Shown one piece after another: positions 12,870 through 22,964 of a stretch of DNA of 64,000 bases (the stretch's first letter is position 1; each line of letters opens with the position of its first letter). Position numbers and translations under genes: made by a program. Origin of the DNA: Sphyrna mokarran. Taxonomy: Eukaryota. The notes beneath the pieces were generated by a model that was not told where the DNA came from, ran no database searches, and worked only from the letters and a program-made list of their open reading frames with translations. Location of the stretch: the NCBI GenBank assembly GCA_024679065.1, contig JAGIQG010000008.1:68634001-68698000 (forward strand), read 5' to 3'.

Positions 12870-13208
12870 ACAGTGGAACAGTGGAAATATCACTGGATTA
12901 GCAATCCAAAGATCCAAGGTAATCTTTGGGAATCTACGTTTGAATCTTACCACCGCAGATGATGAAATTTGAATTCAATAAAACTCTGAATTAAAAATCT
13001 AATGATGACCATGAAACTATTGTCACTTCGTGTTAAAAACCTATTCATTCACTAATATGCTTTAGGTAAGGACATATGCCATCCTTACCTGGTCTTGTCT
13101 ACATGTGACTCCAGAGCCACAGCAATGTGGTTAACTCTCAACTGCCCTCTGAAATGAAGGGCAGTTAGGAATAAGCAATCCTGTAAAAATGAATAAATAA
13201 AAAAAAAC
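12870..13208 (+). mobile_element. tRNA-derived SINE with A-rich tail
   Basis: Pol III-like head, conserved core GAAATTTGAATTCAATAAAA..ACATGTGACTCCAGA..AACTGCCCTCTGAAATG, tail AATAAATAAAAAAAAA. Confidence 0.75.
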
Positions 13209-13679
13209 TTCGCTTATTGTTTCTCTTTTCCACTGGAAATCTTCCCAGTGTCTGAAATCCCTTTCCCAACCCTGTTATCATTCTAATGAATCTCTGCTGT
13301 GTGTTCATAAATGAGCGTCTCCCAGTTAATACCATGAAAGCAATCAATCATTTCACTCAACTCAGCCCAACAGCACAACCCTCGCATTTGGCGTGTCACA
13401 TGACGGCACCTCTTCATACAGGTACAGGCCCTCAGGGTTCCAAAAAGCTATCATTCCTCATACCATTATTACAACGGCAACTCCCATTTGATTTTGTTTT
13501 CATTGTTTGGATCTTCAGGCTAAACGCTGTGCAGTATGTTTCAAGTTCTAAACCTGAATACCTGCCAGGAAAGATCTCACATTGCTCTGTCATCTTGTTA
13601 CCAGAGGGTACATCACTCAACTATTCTTTTATGTGTCAATCACAATGGCCGTAAAGAACAGTTGCCCAATTGCAATTGC

Positions 13680-14700
13680 TTCCCTCTCCTTTCTGCCAAA
13701 CTTTAACATTCATACTTTCTTCAAAGCCGTGGCAGATTTCCATTGTAACTTTGGAGGAAATACGTCAGAGGCCTTCAGTAAGAGTTTAAATCATGTTGTC
13801 TACTGAACATGGGCCGAGCTACAGAATGCTAAAGATGGGGTCAGTTACAGTTCTCACCCTAATGTCTCAATGCCATATTGGATCAGGCCTGACGATGCCA
13901 ATTGGCTACAATGCCAAGGCAGAGAGGAAACCATCTTGTGCGCAAAGGAGTACATTCCGGCAGGGAGTTAATAGCTGCTGTGTGAGAGAAGACGGGAAAA
14001 ACATATTGAAAGAGGAGAAAAAAAAAACAAAATCATCAGAGACCATGAAGGGGCAAGTGAGTTGCTTTTCTTAAATAAATTGCAGCTACAAACAGTAAAC
14101 ATGAGAAGAGGAGAGAACACAGCTTTTATTGTTCATGGCCCAGCAGGAACTAAATGGTGAGTGGAGCCAAGCCAGTCACAGGCTGTGTGGAAACGTCGCC
14201 TCATTCCCTTTTTGTTCTGATGGTTAAATGCAACTCAAAGCTAGTATTGTTGCTCTGTCTTGGCATTGGCTCAGATGGGCAGTGAGGCTGGCAATTAATG
14301 GTCTCGCTTTGCTGAATGAGTTATGGTAACGACAGGTCTGATGGGGAAGCAGAGGCCCTGACTTTCCCAGGAACTGAATAAATCCGTGCTCTGACTGAGC
14401 TACAAACCTCATGTAAATGGGTGCAGGAAGGCTCTGCACATGACAGTGCTTAGAGGTCAGAGAAAATCTTACAAACTCTCTTGAAAAAGCCCTGGTTACC
14501 CTAATGAAAGTGCCTAGGATGTATTACCATGGTGACAAGTTCCTTTTTAACTGAATTCAACGGGGTTTTCTTTGGGCGAGGGGCGGGGCGTGAGACTTCC
14601 GTTCCCTTCCTGCCACAAACGCTAATAAAGTTGTGATTTCCCAGTCGTGATTGACTGGGCATAACTCAGGCTATTGGGACAGGGCATTATGGATTAAGTT
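13680..14700. promoter_or_regulatory. Non-repetitive-looking block with promoter/enhancer-type motifs
   Basis: GC box GGGGCGGGG 14580-14588 next to ETS ACTTCCG 14595-14601; CCAAT palindrome GCCAATTGGC near 13897; FOX-like GTAAACA near 14095. Confidence 0.3.
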
Positions 14701-15775
14701 TTATCACAATAAATACACTATAAGGAAAATTGTTGTTGAGGTGCAGACAAAAGTCTTGAATTCAGGCCATCAAGTTTCATTTGGGATGTATTGAAATAAG
14801 TTCATCTAAAAATGTTGGCGAGGATAATGGCAGGACACAAGTCTTTCTGCTTTTTAAATTCTGGTGGTAAACAAAGAATATTCGCTCATTCAAAACCTTT
14901 TCCAACAAACATTCCAGTGAAACTCATGTGAAAACTGGTCCCTATGGGAAAAGCGACACTTAACTTGCACACTGTAAACATCAATAAAATACTGATAAGC
15001 TAATCAGTATTTGTTATATTGTTTAAGGTTTATATTAGTCAGGGTAGAAAACAGAATCCTGCTCTTCTTCGATGAGTGCCATAGGTTTTGTTGCGATACC
15101 TGAGAAGGGAGATAGGGTTGCAGTTCAGTATCTTATCTGAAAGATGGAATTTCTGACACTGTATATAGTGTAGAGGCAATGATATTGGATTAATAATAGA
15201 GAGCTGCAGAACATGATTTCAAATTGCGCCATGGCATATTGTCATAGTAAAGGAGGAAGTAGTAGAGGAATTGAATTGGGTTAAAACACTGCAAGAGGTA
15301 TACTTTAGAAAGGTTGGCATTAGTCAAAGCTGACAAGTCGAGAAGGACTATTAAAAAAGGATATGGGATCCTTGGCTTTATAACAGGCATAAAGTGCAAA
15401 AACAAGGAAATTTCAAATGGTATTGAGAATAGAAAAGGAAGGGACTATACAAACAAACACAGCTGTGAGGCAGAATGGTATATTAAAAGGAGCATCAAAT
15501 GAAGTCATATGGATTGAACTCAAGCACAAAAAAAGGATGATCATATTGCTCGAAATGCACTCAAACAGTCAAAGGGAGATAGAAGAACAAATATGGAGGC
15601 AATTCTCTGAGAATAATAAGGCAGTAATAGTGGGGTACTTCAACGAATATAACATGAACAGGAATTAAATCTGTTTAAAAGGTATGAGAAGGAGAATTAT
15701 TCGTGCATCCAAGGGACAGTAAACAAACTCAAACAAGAGAAGGATCAATTGAGAGGACCAGCAGTGAAAAAGCAT

Positions 15776-16090
15776 TGTAGTTGTGGCAATGTGGCCCCTA
15801 AAGGGATCCTTACTCGAGAGCCACGTGAACAGGCTGGAGTCTATGGATTGTCAAGGCGGGAAGCTGAGTCAATTAGGAGCGAGGACATATATCCCAGGTC
15901 AAAGAGATCTCATAGTTGGAGCCAAAGAGGACAGTTGTTCAGTATTTAATAACGCTACTCTCTTTGATCTGGGATATATGTCCTCGCTCCTAATTGACTC
16001 AGCTTCCCGCCTTGACAATCCATAGACTCCAGCCTGTTCACGCGGCTCTCGAGTAAAGATCCCTTTAGGGGCCACGTTGCCACAACTACA
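15776..16090. mobile_element. 315-bp fold-back element (132-bp inverted arms, 51-bp spacer), MITE-like
   Basis: 15776-15907 is the reverse complement of 15959-16090 with 4 transitions; TG...CA ends; AT on both flanks. Confidence 0.9.
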
Positions 16091-17073
16091 ATTGTTAATT
16101 CATCGTCATTCTCAATCCATTACAATAATGCAGTTAGATTTAGTGAAGTTATGGAGAAGCACAATAATAGATCAAGAGTAAAACTTCTCATTTAGCGAAA
16201 ATCCAATTTTACTGAATAGAGATGTGATTTAGTGAAAATAGACTGATAACAGTGACTTGAAGGTAAACCAGTGTGAAGCAATGGGAGGCATTCACGGATG
16301 AGATACAGAGGGTTCAGAACAAATACATTTCCACAAAGAAAAAAGGTGGACCCCAAATTAGCAAACTCTTCCTCCTCACACACACGCACATACTCTGGAA
16401 GTCAACAAACATATAGGGTAGGAAAGGGCAAAAAGGGAAAGTTTATCTCAGATGCCAATAACTCAATACTGCAGAAAGCCGAAAGAAGTATACAAAGAGC
16501 AGGATGAAATTGGGACTGAAATTAGGAAAGTGAATAGAAGGCATGAAAAAGCATTGGCAAGTAAAATCAGGTAGAATCTGAAGATGTTTTTATAAATGCA
16601 GGAAGAGCAAGAGGATAACTAAAGAAAGAGCAAACACGTAAAATGAATCTGTGTATAGAGGTAGAAGACATGGGCATGGTTTTGAATAACTATTTCGCGT
16701 CTCTCTTCACAAAGATTTGCATCTCTCTTCACAAAAGCGAGAGGGGAAGCAGACATTATGGTATGAAATATTGGATGGGATAAATATAGAGATAGGGAAA
16801 ATATATAGAGATTTCGCATCTTTGGAAATAAATATTCACAAGGCCCAGATAAGATGTATTTGAAGCTTTTAGAAAAAAGCAAGGGAGGCAATAATGGATG
16901 CTCTGACCATAACAGCGGTGGCACCAGAGGACTGCTAACATTTTACCCATTGTTCAAAAGGAGGATTAGGAATAGACCAAGCAAATTAGATGCCAGTCAT
17001 ACCCTCACTGATGGGCAAAGGTATAGATTAATCAAAGAAGTCAACATGAATTTAAGAGGTCATATCTGACTAA

Positions 17074-17280
17074 GGTAAAAGGTAAGGTAAAGTAATCGTA
17101 ATCCCAGAAGACCATGACGGGGAGAGCTGATTGGTGGTGATTTAACCTGAGGATCACCACACCTCAGGCACAGAGCAAGGTTAAGAATAATCTCAGCCAG
17201 TTCAGGAATTAACACACACTGTTGGCATTGCTCCGCATCACAAACAAACCTTCCAGCCAACTGAGCTAATCAATCCCCAT
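17074..17280 (-). mobile_element. tRNA-derived SINE with (TTACC)n-type tail and 9-bp TSD
   Basis: TCTGACTAA at 17065-17073 and 17281-17289; minus-strand head GATTAGCTCAGTTGGCTGGA (A box). Confidence 0.85.
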
Positions 17281-17604
17281 TCTGACTAACCTGATTGAGG
17301 TAACAATGAAGTCTACATGGATTTTAGCAAGATTTTTGACCAGGTCCACATGGCAGTAAAAGCCCATTGGATACAAGGGAAAGTGACAGGTTGGATCCAA
17401 AGATAATACTTAATGGAAGGTTGTTTCAAGTGGTGTTCCACAGCGCTCATAACAAGCTCCCTTGCTTATATTAATAATATCATCACTTGCCTTTTAGTGT
17501 CATTGAAATAAACTAAAAAGCTTCCAGAATGTGTTATTTATTCTTCAGAACGAGATGACATTAACTCAAGTGTAAAGTCGATAATTTTACTCTGAAAGGG
17601 AAAT

Positions 17605-17910
17605 GATTTCATTTATTATTGTCACTTGTATTAGCATACAGTGAAAAGTATTGCTTCTTGCGCACTACAGAGACAGAGCATACCGTTTGTAGAAAAGGAA
17701 ATGAGATAGTGCAGAATATAGTGTTACAGTCATAGCTAGGGTGTAGAGAAAGATCAACTTAATGAAAGGTAGGTCCATTCAACAGTCTGACTGAAGCAAG
17801 GAAGAAGCTGTTCTTGAGTCGGTTGGTTAGATGATGTCAGACTTTTATATCTTTTTTCCAGCAGAAGAAGGCAGAAGGGAGAATGTCTAGGTTTCATGGG
17901 GTCCTTGATT
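17605..17910 (-). mobile_element. Rex1/Babar-like LINE 3' end
   Basis: Reverse complement matches 61700-61980 (ACTCAAGAACAGCTTCTTCC..GTTGATCTTTCTCTACAC..AATAATAAA). Confidence 0.75.
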
Positions 17911-17989
17911 AATGTTGTCATTCACTGAGTTTCTACCATTCTGGTTCATAACGTACAAAATATTTATCAAGCTTTTGGAAAGCATGTTT

Positions 17990-18790
17990 CTTGAAAGCTG
18001 TATTGGAACTGAGAATGTGTTGGTGACTTTGAATAAGTCAAACTTAAATATATAGTAATGACTAAGAAGTTTGTAAATGATGTGTGGTTGAAGGCAAAGA
18101 AGAAAATCTCCAAATGTAAGTTATCAATTGAATGATTAAGTGGGCTGAAAAGTAGCAAATGGATTAATTCTGGAGAAGTGCAAGGTAATACATTTAGGAA
18201 GTGCAAAAAAGCAAGGGAATACACAATAAATAAGAACAAAGAACAAAGAACAACACAGCACAGGAAACAGACCCTTCAGCCCAACGACCCCACAATGCCA
18301 TTTTAGCATTGTGAGTTCCTTCTTCCACCTGTGACCCTTGTCTATGCTTATGGCTCTTCACATTGGACACCAGATTTCCAAATGGTAGGATACTGAAAAG
18401 AACCTAGGCATACATATCCACAAATCCCTGAAGATAGCAAAACAGATAAAGTGGTTAGGCATATGGAATAACTTCCCTTATTGGCTGAAGCACAGAATAT
18501 AAAAGCCAGGAGATTATGCTAGAATTAGACTAAGACAAAGCTAGACAATGTGTACAGTTCTGGCCAGCTCATCCCAAAAGAATGTGATCACACTGGACAG
18601 CCTACAGACAACATTTACCAGGATGTTGCCATGGCTGGAACATTTTAGTTAAAGGGAAAGATTGGATAGGTTGTGGCTGTTTTCTTTGGAACAGAGGTGA
18701 GTGAGGAGAGATTTAATGGAGATGCATAAAATTGAAAGTATGAGATAGAGCGATTAGGACTTTCAATTTTTGCAGAGAATTCAGCGGGCA
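17990..18790 (+). mobile_element. Old CR1 RT 3' fragment with a short inverted CR1 tail inserted (about 18232-18350)
   Basis: GAGAAGTGCAAGGTAATACATTTAGG, TTTACCAGGATGTTGCC; AAGAACAAAGAACAAAGAAC is a reverse tail. Confidence 0.7.
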
Positions 18791-19130
18791 CAGAGTTTTC
18801 CTCCTAACTTTTGACCCTCCATCTGGGCTCTGGTTGCTTATGTTGACTGGTTTCAACACTCTCTATGGGAGAGGGTATTGTACCAATACTCTATGTTCTC
18901 TCAAAGTTTAATACATTCTTCAAAAGCACTACTTTATTCCCTGCATAGGGTCAACAAAAAATTGCCCTCAGAGAGCTGTAGCCCAACCTCTCAGTCCCTT
19001 GGGTGATAAGAAGATAGTTGAAGTTAAGTTCTTCAACAATTCTGGGGCCATAGATACACCTTTTGAGATAACTCTACAAGAGTACCTTATCTCTTCAAAA
19101 TAATACAAGGAAACTACACACCTCATGTTT

Positions 19131-19462
19131 CACACTACAGGAATGCAAAGTCCAATTTGACTGGTGACTGTTGATGATTTAATTAGCCAGTTGTCTCTGT
19201 GAATTATGCTATGGTCTGACTTGCACCTTGCTCTGTGCATACTAAGTTCCACACCACAGGAATGCCAAATCTAACTTGACGGGAGGCAACTAATGACTTA
19301 ATTGGCCAGTTGCCTCTGTGAACTGCGATGTGATCTGACATGTTCTGATTTGCACCCTGCTCTGCATACCTCAAACTCCACATCACAGGAATGCTAAATC
19401 TAATTTGACTGGAGAGAGTTGATGATTTAATTGATGCCTCTGTGAATAGTGATATGGTCTGT
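19131..19462. repeat. Diverged tandem repeat, about 120-130 bp x ~2.7
   Basis: CAC..ACAGGAATGC.AA.TC.AA.TTGAC..GATTTAATT..CTCTGTGAA recurs at about 19131, 19250 and 19379. Confidence 0.85.
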
Positions 19463-19599
19463 TCTTTATGTGAAGAAGGAAGATTCTGTGGTATGAGCAG
19501 CAGGAAGAAGGGTGAGGGGGAGGTTCTATTCTACGTAGAGGGTGTATAGACCCAGGACATTGTACCTGAACATGACAAAAAACCAGTGCCGTGATCAGT

Positions 19600-20240
19600 T
19601 CATAGAACCATAGAAAAGTTACAGCAAAGAAGGAGGCTATATAGTCCATCTTGTCCATGTCAGCCAGGTACCCTATCTAATCCTACCCAGTCCATAGCCT
19701 TGCAGTTTACAGCACTTAAAGTGCAGATCCAGGTATTTTTTAAAACGAATTTAAGGTCTCTGCCTCCACCATCAATCAGGCAGCAAATTCCAGACACCCT
19801 TTATGTAAAAAAGCTATTTCTCATCTCCCGTCTACTCTACTGCTATTTATCTTGAATCTATATCCACTGGTTCTAGAATTCTTCACCAAGGAAGCAATTT
19901 TATCTTGTCTACTCTATCTCTTCCCTTCATAACTGTGTTATAATCTCTATCAAGTTACTCCTCAGCCTTTGTTCCAAGGAAAATAACCCCAACCTATCCA
20001 ATCCCTCCTCAGAGCCACACTTTTCTAGCCTTGACAACATTCTTATAAACCTACTCTGCACTTTCTTCAGAGCAATTACATCCTTCCTGTAATATGGTGA
20101 CCAGAACTGCACACAATACTCCAGTTGTGACCTTGCCAATGTTTTATGCAATTCCAATATCATACCCTTACTTTTATGTTCTATACCTCTGCCAATGAAG
20201 GAGAGTATTCCATATGGTTTCTTTACAACCTCGTCCACTC
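19600..20240 (-). mobile_element. CR1 LINE 3' end
   Basis: ORF 19927-20238: VVKKPYGILSFI..RSQLEYCVQFWSPYYRKD..LGLFSLEQR. Confidence 0.9.
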
Positions 20241-22370
20241 AAACTGTTGCACGGTCCGTTAGCAATCAGACCAAAATCCATCAAGTGGATGTTGCATCAT
20301 ACAGGCACATATGGCATTTCACACATGATGATGACACAACTGAGTCATTGGAGCTACTTGAAAGAACCTCCACAGCACTTATTCCAGCCAGAGGTCCTGT
20401 TTAAGAATTGGGCATTCATTTTCCTAGCTTTCATATACACTTCTACAAACTACACAGACTACATCCTGTGACACCTGGGATGCAAATGCAGTCATTGTAG
20501 CGAATAATATTACTTGGACAATATGATCTGGATTATACATGACCAACTCACCTGCGCTGCCCACATCAAGGCCAAAGTGCAACACTGCAGTGCGGATAAA
20601 TGTCTAGTACTCAACAATCATGTTTTAGATATATGTGCTGACCAGCATCACGGAGTCTGATCATTAACTTCCATTAATGTCATGCTTTGAAGGAAAATGA
20701 AAGATGCAAGGAATATCTCAGTACACCTTTGACCTCCAGAGTTCTATATAGTCCAACAGAGATAAAAGAGGCTCTCCTAGGCTTCATCAGTCAGCCAAAA
20801 TTCTTGCTTCTGTTGACAGACGGCACTTCAAGATGGATATCAGTTTGTATTGTTATTATTGCTGATAAGATGTGCTTCATATTTTGAATATACGTTTTGA
20901 GCTCCCTAGAGTACAAACAGACACTGGGTCATGTAGAAGTAAAAGTATTTTTAAAAATGCTCAAATGTGACAGATACAATGTGACAAATTCACAGGGAAC
21001 CATTTGTGCTACAAGTGAGACACCATCCTTCACTCTTGCACACTCCTACATTGTATTCCCCATGCTGCTCATTTCTCAGTTCATATAGCAAGAGGAGTGT
21101 GATGTCTGGCCTTGTTGTGCAGACCCTACTTCAAATTATGGCCTTTGCATTTCAGTCATTGGCAAAGATGGAGCAGAATAACTAGGGAGGAGGAAGAGGA
21201 GGATGCTGAGAAATTTTCAATATCTTCACCCTCCTCAAATACCTCCATAGCCCTAGATCCTAATATAAGAAATAGGAGCAAGAGTAGACCATCTGGCCAC
21301 ATCAGGCTTCACTGTTCCAGCATTCAATATGATCATGGTTGATCTTTCCATGGACTCAGCTTCACTTAGCTGCCCACTGAGCATAACCTTCAATTCTTTC
21401 ACTGTTTAAAAATTTATCTATCCTTGCCTTAAAAACACTTACAACCCTTTGGGTGAAGAAATTCCTCCTCAACTCAGTTCTAAACCTGCTCCCTCTTATT
21501 TTGAGTTTATGTCCCATATTTCTAGTTTCACCTGCCATTGGAAACAACTTCCCTGCTTCTATCTTATTTATTCCCTTCATAATGTTACATGTTTCTATAA
21601 GATCTCCCCTCATTCTTCTGAACTCCAATGAATATAATCTCAGTCTACTCAGTCTCTCCTTATAAGCCAACCCTCTCAGCACCAGAATCAACCTAGTGAA
21701 TCTCCTCTGCATCCCCTCCAGTGCTAGTATATCTTTTCTCAAGTAGGAGATCAAAACTCCAGATGTGGCCTCACCAGCATCTTATACATGTACAACATAA
21801 TCTCCCTGTTTTTAGACTCCATCTCTCTAACAATGAAGGACAAAATTTCATGTGCCTTCTTAGTTATCTGCTGCACTTTTTGTGATTCATACACAAGGAC
21901 ACCTATGTCCCTCTGTGCAGCAGCATGCTGCAATATTTTACTATTTAAATAATAGTCAAGTTTGCTGTTATTTCTACCAAAATGGATGACCTCACATTTA
22001 CCAACATTGTACTCCAGATCCTTAGACTATCTATATCCTTTTGCAGATTTTCAATGTCTTCTGCACATCTTGCTCTGCCACTCATCTTAATGTCATCTGC
22101 AAATTTTGACACACTACATTTGATCCCCAACTCCAAATCATCTATGTAAATTGTGAATAATTGCTGTCCCAATGCTGATCGCCAACCAGAAAAACACCCC
22201 ATTTACCCCCATTCTTTGCTTTCTGTTAGTTAACTAATCTTCTAACCAAGCTAGTACATTACTTGTAATACTGTGCAGCTTTATCTTAAGCATCAGCTTT
22301 TGGTGCAGCATATTGTCAAATCTAGATATGCCACATCCATAGGTTCCCCATTGTCTGTCTTAGCACATAA

Positions 22371-22839
22371 GACAGGAGAGAGTGGATGCAGGAGAGAGTC
22401 GTGGATGGTGGTTTGTCTTCCTGGAGCTGGGATCCGGGATGTTTCTGGATGCCTCCCAGACATCCTGAAAGGGGAGGGTGAGGAACCTGAAGTTGTAGTG
22501 CATATAGGTACTGCAGACATAGGCAGGAAAAGGGAAGCAGTCATCAAAAGGGATTATAGAGAACTGGGTAGGAAGCTGAGGAAGAGAAAAGCGAAGGCAG
22601 TAATTTCAGGATTGCTGCCTGCGCCTCGGGAGAATGAGAGCAGGAATCAAATGAGGTGGAGGATGAATGCATGGCTGAGGGACTGGAGCAGGGGGCAGGG
22701 ATTCAAGTTCATAGACCATTGGGACCTCTTTAGGGGCAGGTGTGACCTGTACAGTAAGGACGGGTGGCACTTGAACCCTAGGGGGACTAATATCTTGTCA
22801 GATAGGCTAGCTAGGGCTACTGGGGAGTCTTTAAATTAG
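22371..22839 (+). pseudogene. CR1 ORF1 C-terminal SGNH/GDSL esterase domain (5'-truncated)
   Basis: MVVCLPGAGIRDV..VVVHIGTADIG..VISGLLP..DGWHLNPRGT; the upstream part of track ORF 22273-22839 is read-through from the flanking old CR1. Confidence 0.88.
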
Positions 22840-22964
22840 AAAAGCTGGGGGGTGGGAATACCGATGGGACGGTGAATAAGGAGGTTAGTTCCCAGGTAGG
22901 GAAGGACTGCAGGCACTCTGAGAAGGGCGTTAGGCGCGTGGTGGAAAAGGGAAATATCCTGACT

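Larger units (their letters stand above)
15130..17470 (+). mobile_element. Old CR1 LINE fragments (RT 3' piece, then EN-to-RT piece) hosting nested inserts
   Basis: IKKGYGILGFI; NEVIWIELKHKK..AVIVGYFN (APE); CTACATGGATTTTAGCAAGA..TTTGAC (RT). Confidence 0.8.

Noticed and set aside
11198-13654. Two nearly identical 122-aa ORFs suggesting a duplicated gene
   Set aside because: By-product of the 640-bp duplication; no recognisable domain or splice context
15749-16025. ORFs across the palindrome
   Set aside because: Short, non-ATG starts, no motif; incidental to the inverted repeat
17200-17280. tRNA-like A/B boxes (also at 30452, 36848, 62728)
   Set aside because: SINE heads followed by SINE bodies and tails; no full cloverleaf
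22273-22839. 188-aa ORF as a host GDSL lipase gene
   Set aside because: Chimeric read-through from the old CR1 into the truncated CR1 ORF1; sits directly upstream of ORF2
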